A stretch of DNA of 63,583 nucleotides, counting the filler, from Octopus bimaculoides (taxonomy: Eukaryota): assembly GCF_001194135.2 (NCBI RefSeq). It is 4 parts of 4 records of this genome, joined end to end, with 100 filler letters (N's around TTAATTAATTAA, not from the genome) between each part and the next. Parts side by side here need not be neighbours in the genome. Positions count along the whole stretch, not along the records: positions 1 to 17,298 come from NC_068984.1; positions 17,399 to 44,362 come from NC_068995.1; 2 more parts are not named here. The stretch is one strand, 5' to 3'. The notes beneath the pieces were generated by a model. The model searched no databases. It was not told the DNA's origin and worked only from the letters and a program-made list of their open reading frames with translations. Numbering within the stretch: position 1 is the first letter of the stretch; every line of letters begins with the position of its first letter. Both the position numbers and the translations under genes were made by a program. Below, piece by piece: positions 12,820-23,509 of the stretch.

Positions 12820-12965
12820 CACCATCATCATCATCATTTAACTGGCATGTGTCGGATGGTTTGACCAGAGCTTACAAGCTGGGGAGCTGCACCAGGTTCC
12901 AGTCTGATTTGGCATGGTTTCTACAGCTGGGTGCCCTTCCTAATGCCAATGCCCTTCCTAAGTGG
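12820..12965 (-). mobile_element. RTE 3'-UTR fragment
   Basis: catcatcatcatttaac...gtttctacagctgggtgcccttcctaatgccaa; reverse of the family at 9740. Confidence 0.7.
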
Positions 12966-13289
12966 TTCCAAACCTTTTTAATATCTAACCCAGATCCAAA
13001 ACCTGGATTTCTTTTTTTTTTTTTTTAATGGGTTCTCAGCATGAAAACTAAAACACACATCAGTTAAAGAACAATTTATATTTATAGTGAGGAGACTGTC
13101 AGGGGCAACTGGAAGGATGCTTGAGGAGCCACATGTGGCCCTGGGTGCCACGGTTGAGAAATGATGATACAGACACTCTAAACTACATCCAAATAAAAGC
13201 AACTTAAATGATTGCCTTGAAGTCTTTCCCCAACACAGTCCAGCCCCTGATTCACAGGCAGAAGCGTATGAGACATTTCTGGCACAGCC

Positions 13290-13460
13290 ATTTTGGGGCC
13301 TCCCATTTCTATTGCATGGATTAATTACAAATGAAGAATCTGCTAGACAGTCTTCCCCAATGGCTGGATTGAGAAATGCTAGGAAACATAAAATCTCTCC
13401 AGTTATTGACAATCTTCTATCGAATAGCATGAAGCTCTTGGAGGCAACTTTAATACTGAG
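13290..13460 (+). pseudogene. R4/Dong-like LINE RT fragment
   Basis: KHKISPVIDNLLSNSMKLLEATL; near-duplicate of 14720-14850. Confidence 0.55.
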
Positions 13461-13489
13461 TCCTGAGTCAGATATGCTGGTATGTGTTG

Positions 13490-13800
13490 GATGGTTTTAC
13501 TAAAGACTGGCAAGCCAGGAGGCTGCACCTGGCTCCAATCTGATCTGGCAAGGTTTCTACAGCTAGATGCCCTTCCTAACACCAACCACTCCAAGAGTGT
13601 AGTGTGTGTTTTTTACATGCCACCAGCATGGGGGCCAGTCAGGCGGCACTAGCATCGACCATGCTCGAATGGTGCTTTTTACATGCCACCAGCACAGGAG
13701 CCAGTCAGGCAGCAATGACATCGGCCACAACTACGATTTTGCTTGACTCAACAAGTCTTCTCAAGCACATATTGCCCAACGATTGAAGGGTACTTTTAAA
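13490..13800 (-). mobile_element. RTE 3'-UTR fragment
   Basis: gtttctacagctagatgcccttcctaacaccaaccactcc...gccagtcaggcggcac...gaagggtactttt. Confidence 0.7.
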
Positions 13801-14619
13801 TAATATAAACAGCAGGCACAGCTGTGTGGTTAAGGAGCTTGCTTTGCAACCACCTGGCCCCAGGGTCAGTCCCACTGCAATTATAATATTATTACGGAAC
13901 TATTTTATTTCACCTGTATTATAGCCAATTATTCTTGCTATATCAGATACAATTTCCTTGTTGCTAAAATTTAAACTTAGGTAGCAACAAATATGTTCGC
14001 GGTATCTATATACTTATACAAACAACATACAGAATTGAATTGAACTGGATTATACTATATACCAAAATGCACTCAAATACAAATCTTATAGGTTTTGTTT
14101 ATGCACTGTACACATATCGAAGCCTGGTATCAACATGGAGATTATTCTAAGTCAACAATACAAGTAATTCATTTCAATACAGAATAACTGTGTTTCATGT
14201 GTAAGTGACTAACTGGATTACGTAGAGAATGACAATATACATATGAATAATGTATAGAATGATATTATATTTATATATTTGTACATGTATATATTATATA
14301 TATATATATATACACACATACATAGACAAAAATATATACATATATGCAGGTGTACACACAGACACACACACACACATGAGAGAGTATGGGGAAAGGTGCT
14401 TAAAAAGCTAGAATAAAATGTTGAAACTAGAAAATAGTAATGCAGACTGTCTTCACATACTGAAACACCTCCCCCAAAAGTATTGAAACCCATGTAATCC
14501 CAAAACTCTCAACCAATGACATGTCTTACAACCATGTGTAAAATACTAACATCCAATCATTACTGACTGTACACATATCTTCTTGGTGGATAACAAGATA
14601 TTCTCCAGTGAACGGCAAA

Positions 14620-16020
14620 GCTACAAATGTGGCTTGTACGGGTGTAAAGACCAGCTTTTAACCAATAAAATGATTCTAAAGGACTGCCACAAATGATACA
14701 AACAATTTTTTAAATTGCATGGATTGATTATACAAAAAAATGGTTTGATAACCTGCAACAATGGCTGGATTGAGAAATACTTGGAAATATATAAAATCTC
14801 TCTGGTTATTGGTAATTTTCTGTCAAACAGTATGAAGCTCTGGAAGATAACTCTGTGAATTCAGAAGCAAATACTGTGAACATCTGTGAGATTGTTATGA
14901 ACTGCGCGCATTTTTCAAAGTGATGCTCTATCACCAATTCTCTCTGGCATGGCACTCGTTTCCCCAAGTTAGGTGCTAAATGATATCAGACATGGATACA
15001 GAAATATATGACAGATCAATCAATCACCTCCTTTGATATCAATGATCTGAAGCTTTTCGTGAAAGATCAACAACTGGAATGGCTTTTAATTACAGTAAAA
15101 GAATCTAGTGGCAATACTGAAGCGGAGCTTGATCTTGATGAAACAACATTCTTGACACAAGGAAAGACAGTGTTAATACAAAAACAAAGAAAAGGGAAGA
15201 GAAGTCAGTAATTACAGGCCTACTACATGCTTACCATTGCTCTAAAAATTATTAACTCGCCTCATTTTAACTGGCACTCCATCGGTTACGATGACAAGGG
15301 TTCCAGTTGATCCAATGAACTGAACAGCCTGCTCATGAAATTAATGTCCAAGTGGTTGAGCACTCCATGGATCATTGCATGTCTTTAAAGTATATCTCTC
15401 AGGGAGATTTAGCATGAGACAGACTGTGACATGGCTGACCCTTTCAAATACAGGTACTACTCATTTTTGCCAGCTGAGCGGACTGGAGCAACGTGAAATA
15501 AAGTGTCTTGATCAAGGACGCAATATTCCACCAGGAAACAAACTCACAATCTTACAACCCTGTGTTAAATACCCTAACCATTAAGCCATGCACCGTCACC
15601 AACTGGCCTCATTGCAGATGAATTATATAAGCTTTCTGGAGAAGAAGAATCTGTTAACAGAGGTAGAAACAGAACGCATGAAGAAATCACAAGAGAGTGC
15701 TGATCTATTGCACCTCAATAGAATGATGCCGAGTGAAGTATGACCAAGACAGAACTCAGCTGTTGGTTGGACAGATTACAAGAAAGCAGATAATAATAAA
15801 CCATGCTGTTGGCTTTTGAAATGCTTGAAGTCACTGAGAAGGTTAACATATTTTTATATTTTTAGAAAAGAAATTAAAAAAAAAAAAACATGGAGGGGAC
15901 AGGTGGAGCGGACAGATTGGGAGGGTTGGTTTGAGGAAGGAGCACACCCAAAACCGGGTGATATGGTGAGATGGAGTGAGAGCAGTTGCTGTCCTATTAT
16001 TGGTTTCAAACTTTGGCACA
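14620..16020 (+). pseudogene. Fragmented R4/Dong-like (RLE) non-LTR retrotransposon RT region, interrupted by other repeats
   Basis: WIDY...HGWIEKYLEIYKISLVIGNFLSNSMKLWK; IFQSDALSP; DINDLKLFVKDQQLEWLLITVKE (YMDDLKL-like); further decayed coding sequence at 15640-16000. Confidence 0.6.
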
Positions 16021-16051
16021 AGGCCAACAAGCTCTGAGAATGGAGATAGCC

Positions 16052-16193
16052 AATTACATCAACCCCAGTGCTCAACTGGTGCTTATTTTATTAACCTTGA
16101 AAGGATGAAAGGCAAAGTCGACCTCAGCAGAACTTGAACTCAGAACGAAAGGACGGATAAAATGGCACTAAGCATTCTGCCAGCTCACTGCCT
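16052..16193 (-). mobile_element. SINE family A fragment
   Basis: gaaaggatgaaaggcaaagtcgacctcagcagaacttgaactcagaacg...attctgccagctcactgcc. Confidence 0.8.
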
Positions 16194-17078
16194 TATAGGG
16201 CAGGGGTACGATTAGTGATACAGACAAGTAATACGGACGCAGCACTATGGGAGATTATTGGGCAAAACAGTGTGAGTAAATCAAAAAGCCAACCTCTACC
16301 CATCCTGATAATGCCAACTGTGAAGAACCCATTCTCTAGAGGCCAGAGAAGATAATGAGTGAAGAAATTAATGATATCAATACTTTTGAAAGCTGTCAAG
16401 ACATTCAAGGATAATTCTTGAGAATGTTGAAAGCATAGGAACAAGCTGTTGTTAACACTGGTCACTCAAATGATAAACCAGGCTGGACAACACTGTAATT
16501 GGAGAAAACTAATAAAGCAACGACATGGTTAATTATTATGAAAGTAAGCGATGTACTAAAGAAAGAAAACTGCAGGAATCCCACACTAATGTACTAAGTA
16601 ATGACGACAGTGCAACCATTCATAAAGCAGGATAATTGGGTCGTATAAAATAATAGGTACACAGAGCCTGATAAAATGTTATACCAATGCCTTACAGATA
16701 CGATATACAGTAAAACAATTACAAGAACTTAAAAATCAATAAATGCTTTTTATTTATTTTTTTTTTTACCAATACAGCTGTACTATTATATAGTATATGA
16801 TAATTGTCAGTATACAAAATATCTCTGGATATGTTTATGTGCGCGTGCGTGTATCTGTGCATTAATAGTGTATAAGAATTTATACATGAGGAGGTGACCA
16901 CCATGCCTCCTCTCCGTGTATAAATTCATATGCACTATTATATTATAAAAAATATCTGTCTTCTGACTTTTATTACACATGCTAACCACTGGTATAAATT
17001 ATTTATTTAATAATTTTTTCCCTGGATTTATATATATATAAGAATGTATATATGTATATATATATATGTATGTATATA

Positions 17079-17121
<43 letters not shown>

Positions 17122-17231
17122 GTATGTATATATGTATGTATATATATATACAATTAAACCTTGGGAGAGGCATTATGCCGGTAATAAACACACGCACTGG
17201 TTCAGTCCTTTATTAATTTATATAGTTTTTT

Positions 17232-17272
17232 GTTAAATTATTTCATTGCACTCTTGCAATCTCTTCAGTAAC
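17232..17272 (-). ncRNA. Candidate degenerate hammerhead motif
   Basis: Minus-strand GUUA-CUGAAGA-G-AUUGCA-AGAG-UGCAAU-GAAA-UAAUU-UAAC: 6-bp stem II and 4-bp stem I; the C pairing with G10.1 is missing and stem III is irregular. Confidence 0.35.
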
Positions 17273-17342
17273 TTGTCTCTCCACACGAAATACACATANN
17301 NNNNNNNNNNNNNNNNNNNNNNNNNNNNNNNNNNNNNNNNNN

Positions 17343-17354
17343 TTAATTAATTAA
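17343..17354. other. Assembly gap linker TTAATTAATTAA (artefact)
   Basis: Sits between exactly 44 N on each side (100-nt block); identical blocks at 44407-44418 and 52139-52150; has stop codons in all six frames. Confidence 0.95.
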
Positions 17355-17398
17355 NNNNNNNNNNNNNNNNNNNNNNNNNNNNNNNNNNNNNNNNNNNN

Positions 17399-17597
17399 GG
17401 TCTGACCACTAAGAAAGCATTGTTCTCAAGAAAATTCAGCAAACGCCAGAACGAAAGCGAGCAAGACAAATGAAAAGATACAAAATATGAGGATGTGATT
17501 AATCTTTATATTTTGTATCTATTCATTTGTCTTGCTCGCTTATTTCCTGGCGTTTGCTGAATTTTCTTGAAAACAATCTTTTCTTAGTGGTCAAACC
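17399..17597. repeat. About 199-bp near-perfect hairpin (MITE-like) upstream of DNAJC9
   Basis: GGTCTGACCACTAAGAAAG...GATACAAAATAT pairs with ATATTTTGTATC...CTTAGTGGTCAAACC; arms about 90 bp with a small loop; left end abuts an N gap. Confidence 0.85.
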
Positions 17598-17954
17598 ATA
17601 GGTGGTCTTCTTCTAGCATAATGGATGTCCACTTAGTGGTCATCCCTCTTATATGTATGTAATATAATTTTTCTGAATTTTCAAATTTTTCAATATGCTA
17701 GGCGACTGGTTTTATAATGATATTGATCAAATTAATATTCAATTTTTCACCCTTATTATTTAAATATATATATTTATGTATGTGAGAGAGGGAGAGAGAG
17801 AGAGCTACATGCTAAGAACAGTAACTTCCCACTTAAACGTGCTTGTTTCCCGCTATTTTCTTAGCGTTAATTTAGATATACAAAGAACTTATATATTTCC
17901 TTTATGTCTAATTTTGCGAAGCTTTTAAAGTACAAGGATCAAAAACAATAGAAA

Positions 17955-18526
17955 ATGTCTAATCTATTTGAATTATGTAGGACGCTATTCAACAGCGATT
18001 GCTTGTACGAAATATTAGGTGTAGATAAAACCGCCAGTGCAAATGAAATTAAAAGAGCATATTACAAAAAGTCCCTAACAACACACCCAGATAAATTTAC
18101 TGAAAGTCAGAGAGAAGAAGCAACAGCGAAGTTTCAACTTTTGTCAAAAATTTACTCGATATTACAGGACGATGATAAACGAGCCATCTACGATCAAAGC
18201 GGTAGTATAGACGATGATTTGGTCGATGACGGTAAGGATTGGTACGCATATTGGCGTTGCCTCTTCAAAAGAATTTCTGTCAAAGATGTTATGGAGTTCG
18301 AAAAACAATACAAAGGGTCGGTTCAAGAACTAGAAGACTTGAAAAACTGCTATGTAGAATATGAAGGTGACATGGATAGAATTATGGAAAATATGATGTG
18401 TTCTACTTTTGAAGACGAACCAAGATTTGTAAATATTGTTCAAGGACTTATTAAAAAGAAACAATTGCCAAACTTTGAAGTGTTTATAAAAGAGGATATG
18501 AAGAAGAAACACAAGCGGAGTAAAAG
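17955..18526 (+). CDS. DNAJC9: DnaJ homolog subfamily C member 9, exon 1 (J domain and central region)
   Basis: MSNLFELC...LYEILGVDKTASANEIKRAYYKKSLTTHPDKF (HPD motif)...DWYAYWRCLFKRIS...KQYKGSVQELEDLK..Y....GDMDRIME...C...EDEPR: DNAJC9-specific motifs; donor AG|GTATAT after 18526 (phase 2). Confidence 0.95.
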
Positions 18527-19146
18527 GTATATTTAAACACTCTTAAAATTACTAGGTCTTCTGTATTTTCACACACTTGGGAAACACGAATATCGAGTAA
18601 TCTTTAAGTGACTAGGTTTTTAGTTGGAGCGAAAGCTGATAGCCGTATTTATTGTTAGAATCATTTAACCAAGTACTATTGTTCATTTATATACTTGTAA
18701 ATGATGTATGGTTAAGAAAGCTAGGCACCCACTGATACAAAGTGCTGTACAACTCAAATTAATATTGGCTCGTATCGCTGAGTTTTATGTATGAAATATG
18801 TTGTATGTATTTATAAATTACGCAAAGGAATTGAATAACACATCTGATATTTCTTTCCGGCTCGACTTTTAATTTTTTATTTCCGGAGCATAACTACAGA
18901 TTCGTACCTTCTCTCCAACAGAAAATGCACATTTTGCCATGAAATATTACAGAAATATGTTTTCGAGGGTGTTGATTACAATTATGTTGATGACATTTAG
19001 AAAAAAAGAATTTCCAACCTTTTTTCAGGTACATCTATCTACGGGATTAATAATGAAACTAAAACGATCCCAGGAAAATACAAAAATAGACTTGGATATT
19101 CCGATACTACTTCCTTACGACACAACTAATTTGTAACGTGTTTAAA

Positions 19147-19406
19147 GGGGCTAATGCAGTTTCGCACCTCTCCTTAAAAAATGCATGGCAAGACTGCCTT
19201 CTGTACCCCTAGGAAGTAGACGTAGTNNNNNNNNNNNNNNNNNNNNNNNNNNNNNNNNNNNNNNNNNNNNNNNNNNNNNNNNNNNNNNNNNNNNNNNNNN
19301 NNNNNNNNNNNNNNNNNNNNNNNNNNNNNNNNNNNNNNNNNNNNNNNNNNNNNNNNNNNNNNNNNNNNNNNNNTTTCACGGAGAGGTGCGAAACTGCATT
19401 AGCCCC
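19147..19406. mobile_element. MITE with perfect 27-bp TIRs (PIF/Harbinger-like GGGG terminus), gap inside
   Basis: GGGGCTAATGCAGTTTCGCACCTCTCC (19147-19173) and its exact reverse complement (19380-19406); AAA on both flanks as a possible 3-bp TSD. Confidence 0.7.
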
Positions 19407-19609
19407 AAAATAAGTGTGTTAGTATGATTATTATTTTATTTACAGGTCTTTCGAAGTTCACTAAAGTTAAAACAAAAGTGCTATTCCTAAAAAAGTTAAA
19501 TCTTTTAATAAATAGATTTAAAGCATATTTTTTTTTTTCGTTTCCAGGTAATATTATAACCATTAACCAATTTAAATTTTAAAAATATGAAATGGGGCAG
19601 TCAAACTAA

Positions 19610-19970
19610 AGCGTTTGACCCGGTGGGAAATAAAAAAAATTAAATATTCTAATAGGTGTAAAACAACTTGCTGCGAACGAATATGAAGAAAAAAATGCGC
19701 GCTCGCGAACAGAGTGGGTGGGGGAGGCCTCGGAATATTCACATCCTGAATGTTCCGAGACACCTCACCGGAGCCAAGAAAAATAGTGTAATAGATGTAA
19801 AACAACTTGTTCTGAACGAATATGAAAAAAAAATGCGCGCTGGCGAACGGTGGGGTGGGGAGAGGACTCGGAACATTCACATCGTCAGTCCATGGCCTCT
19901 AAACTATAGTGTTTGACCCGAGCTCAAAAACAAAAAATAATTAACGTAATCCGTGTAAAACAACTTGTGA
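19610..19970 (+). repeat. Degenerate tandem repeat with about 139-158-bp period
   Basis: TGTAAAACAACTTG at 19657, 19796 and 19954; units 1 and 2 share gaacgaatatgaa..aaaaatgcgcgct..cgaac...ggNNtcggaaNattcacatc; GTTTGACCCG recurs at about 19613 and 19911. Confidence 0.75.
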
Positions 19971-20125
19971 ATAATATATATATATATATAATATGTATAA
20001 ATTAAAACAGTAAGGTAAAAAATTGGATATTAATTAATATCAATTTAATACCATGGAACAAGTACATTGAAAGAATCAAGAGATTCAGAAAAATTATATG
20101 AGATCTCAAAGGATTATTGTATATG

Positions 20126-20227
20126 TATATATAAAGGAGACCACGAGGTGGACGGCTAATGTGCTAGAAGAATGTGATCTTCTTGCACATTAGCCGTCCA
20201 CCTAGTGGTTTTCTTTTTATATATATA
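20126..20227 (+). repeat. About 100-nt stem-loop with 19-bp perfect core, flanked by (TA)n
   Basis: AGGTGGACGGCTAATGTGC (20146-20164) pairs perfectly with GCACATTAGCCGTCCACCT (20185-20203); AGAAGA/TCTTCT closes a 6-nt loop ATGTGA. Confidence 0.85.
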
Positions 20228-20689
20228 TTAGAAATAATACATTTCTAAATCTCCCAGAGAGACTTAAGCAGTAGTGATGCGATAAAGTAGTTGTATACTG
20301 CCAACTTAACGTGACAGTCCCAATAAGGGAATATACTACTGCTATTTAGTCCTAGGACTGGACCGCTTCCTGTCGGCCTTGACACATTTCCTGTGTCCTT
20401 ATCTTTGCGAGGGGGAGACAAACTCCTCCACCCAGCCTAGCCTGCATTCAGGGACGTTTCTGAGTCTTTGCTCGTCATCAGCCTGAAGTAGCACGACTGG
20501 CTGTTTGAAAAAGTCTGTGAGCCTCTCGCAAAGATATACTATTTCAGTGAAACACATTCACTGGTTACAAAAATTAGAAATAATACATTTCTAAATCTCT
20601 CAGAGTTCCAGCTTCCTAGGGCTAAATAGCAGTAGTATATTCCCTTATTGGGACTGTCACGTTAAGTTGGCAGTATACAACTACTTTAT
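20228..20689 (-). mobile_element. Penelope-like terminal-repeat module: 32-bp direct repeats, 76-bp inverted repeats and an internal hammerhead
   Basis: Direct repeats 20228-20259 / 20574-20605 (1 mismatch); inverted repeats 20282-20357 / 20614-20689 (1 mismatch); embedded in (TA)n; hammerhead at 20447-20487. Confidence 0.7.
20447..20487 (-). ncRNA. Minimal type-I hammerhead ribozyme (PLE-type), GUC cleavage triplet
   Basis: UUCAGG-CUGAUGA-C-GAG-CAAAGA-CUC-A-GAAA-CGUC-CCUGAA: perfect 6-bp stem I, full catalytic core, palindromic ACGU stem III; predicted cut between 20453 and 20452. Confidence 0.8.
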
Positions 20690-20723
20690 ATATATATATA
20701 CGCATATATATCTACGGATGCTG

Positions 20724-21599
20724 AATTCTGCCCCACTGACTTTGGATGATCATGATTTTCAGAGAAATGGATATTTTTTTAATGTAATTTTCTACGAATA
20801 TGTGTTGTATCATGTAGATTCCAAATATACAAAAAAAAATTTTTTTNNNNNNNNNNGGGGAATTTCGGAAAATTCACCGGAGTCCACTTCAATTCGTCTT
20901 AACTGTCAAGAAAATGGATATTTTTTTTAATGAAATTCTCTCTAAATATACCTCGGACTATGTAGATTCCGAGGACAGGAATTTTGGGGGAAAACAATTG
21001 GGGGTTATTTTTGAGAACTGTTCCCCACTCGGGAGTATTTCTAACAGGTCATCCATATTTGTTTCATTTTCTCTGTTTTGTGCGTTTGTGCATCCGTAGA
21101 TTTCTACTGAAGCAACAAACAGACAAATGAAACCCTCACCAGAAAACTCGTTATGCTAAAAATAACAGCTAAAGGTCTGGTACACAGAAATATGTTAAGA
21201 CGACTTATCTGTTACATACGATTTTTTTTTTCACTTTTAGTAAATTCCCAGGTAAATGTTTCTAATAGAAAGGTAGACGACCCCAGAAGTAAAAATAAGG
21301 AATATTTTTGTAGAAAACTTCATTAAAAAATATCTATTTTTCTGTAGTTATGATCATCCAAAGTTGGAGGTGGGGGCAGAAATCGGGAAATTTTGACCCT
21401 TTCACCCACACGATTTTCACTAAGAAAAAAAAAATTCCAGTGATTTTGGGAAATTGGGGGGACGGAGCGGTTCCACCCCCACTTTTTTCCGAACAAAAAA
21501 TAAGGGATTTGCAAGGAGGTCAGGGTACTTGATTCCACGCAAAAAATCCGAGGGTTTTTTTTTTTTTTTCTTAGTGAAAATCGTACGGGTGAAAGGATC
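20724..21599. repeat. Adjacent imperfect inverted repeats from an AT-rich repeat family
   Basis: About 20724-20800 vs about 21302-21384 (ctgccccca...ctttggatgatcat...gatattttttaatg); 21395-21434 vs 21560-21599 (ctttcacccNNacgattttcactaagaaaaaa); related aaatggatatttt...gtagatt motif at about 20765, 20911 and 22074. Confidence 0.65.
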
Positions 21600-22173
21600 A
21601 AATAATACCCAGAAATCTGTAGTTATGCCCAAATTATTAAACAAATTATTTAATAAGAGACATTTAAGCATTTACACATTCGTTTCGTTAACACGGGATA
21701 CCCAAGTCCATATTTGTATTTTTCTTGATTCTTTTGGTTTCATTATTAGCTTCACAGTTCCGGCATTCTTCGTTCTGATCACCATCTCAAGGTTAATAAA
21801 ATAAGTAACAGTTGATCACTGGTGTACCGATGTATTCGACCTGTCTTCTCTCCTAAATTTGTTGGCTTTAATCCCGCAAATATATGTAACTAAAAGATTG
21901 TTTTTTTTTTTAGTTGCGTGTCGTTCTTCCCTTTTTCTCTGAATCGATTGTGTTCCACCAATTTCCTTAAGTGTAGCGTTTTTGATTTTTTTCAGTTTGT
22001 GTTTGAAACACTGGCAGAGTTCTTTTCGTGTCTCCCTCCCCTCCTCAAATTTGTTTCCTCATAACTTCCTGAAAAATGGATATTTTAAAATAAAATTTTC
22101 TACAAACACACTTCAGATAGTGTAGATTTCGATTATATCGGAATTTGTTGTGAAAAACAATTTTTGGCACTAT

Positions 22174-22431
22174 CATGCTATTAGCTGTCAGAAGTGAAAG
22201 TGCTCACTGCTAGTGAAGTATCTGTCTGTCTGCCTGCCTGTTGCTGGCCTGTCGATTCTTTGGCTACTGACAGCTAATACCATGACTGGCCGGAGCGAGC
22301 TATATGTCTGTCTGTCTCTCTCTATCTATCTATCTATCTATTACTCGAAAGTTATTGGAACAAATTTGACACCTATATCCATGCGTTTGAAAACACAGAG
22401 TATAAGGGTACTCGCGTCCGCGCTAGCTAGT
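22174..22431 (+). mobile_element. Possible non-autonomous Helitron/Helentron-like element
   Basis: 18-bp inverted repeat 22174-22191 / 22267-22284 (1 mismatch); (GTCT)/(ATCT) microsatellites; 3' CGCG-TC-CGCG palindrome followed by CTAG|T at 22427-22431. Confidence 0.4.
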
Positions 22432-23509
22432 CGTGAGTGGTCGATCCTATTATTTTTAAACTTCAAACTTCATTTGTTTTCTATTTTGATAAATTCTCTC
22501 TGTTGAAAATTATATTTTTATATTTTANNNNNNNNNNNNNNNNNNNNNNNNNNNNNNNNNNNNNNNNNNNNNNNNNNNNNNNNNNNNNNNNNNNNNNNNN
22601 NNNNNNNNNNNNNNNNNNNNNNNNNNNNNNNNNNNNNNNNNNNNNNNNNNNNNNNNNNNNNNNNNNNNNNNNNNNNNNNNNNNNNNNNNNNNNNNNNNNN
22701 NNNNNNNNNNNNNNNNNNNNNNNNNNNNNNNNNNNNNNNNNNNNNNNNNNNNNNNNNNNNNNNNNNNNNNNNNNNNNNNNNNNNNNNNNNNNNNNNNNNN
22801 NNNNNNNNNNNNNNNNNNNNNNNNNNNNNNNNNNNNNNNNNNNNNNNNNNNNNNNNNNNNNNNNNNNNNNNNNNNNNNNNNNNNNNNNNNNNNNNNNNNN
22901 NNNNNNNNNNNNNNNNNNNNNNNNNNNNNNNNNNNNNNNNNNNNNNNNNNNNNNNNNNNNNNNNNNNNNNNNNNNNNNNNNNNNNNNNNNNNNNNNNNNN
23001 NNNNNNNNNNNNNNNNNNNNNNNNNNNNNNNNNNNNNNNNNNNNNNNNNNNNNNNNNNNNNNNNNNNNNNNNNNNNNNNNNNNNNNNNNNNNNNNNNNNN
23101 NNNNNNNNNNNNNNNNNNNNNNNNNNNNNNNNNNNNNNNNNNNNNNNNNNNNNNNNNNNNNNNNNNNNNNNNNNNNNNNNNNNNNNNNNNNNNNNNNNNN
23201 NNNNNNNNNNNNNNNNNNNNNNNNNNNNNNNNNNNNNNNNNNNNNNNNNNNNNNNNNNNNNNNNNNNNNNNNNNNNNNNNNNNNNNNNNNNNNNNNNNNN
23301 NNNNNNNNNNNNNNNNNNNNNNNNNNNNNNNNNNNNNNNNNNNNNNNNNNNNNNNNNNNNNNNNNNNNNNNNNGTATGTTGATGCTTCTGAAAAAAGTAA
23401 AAAATATTAAAATTAAGAAAGTTAGTGGTATACAACAAAATTGGGAGAATAGAAGTAGAGCAATCCAAAACTATTCAAGAACTTTTTATTTTTAATGATT
23501 TAACATAAT

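Noticed and set aside
17343-17354. TTAATTAATTAA islands inside N runs (also 44407-44418 and 52139-52150)
   Set aside because: Always centred in a 100-nt block (44 N + 12 + 44 N) and has stops in six frames: a scaffolding linker, not biology.
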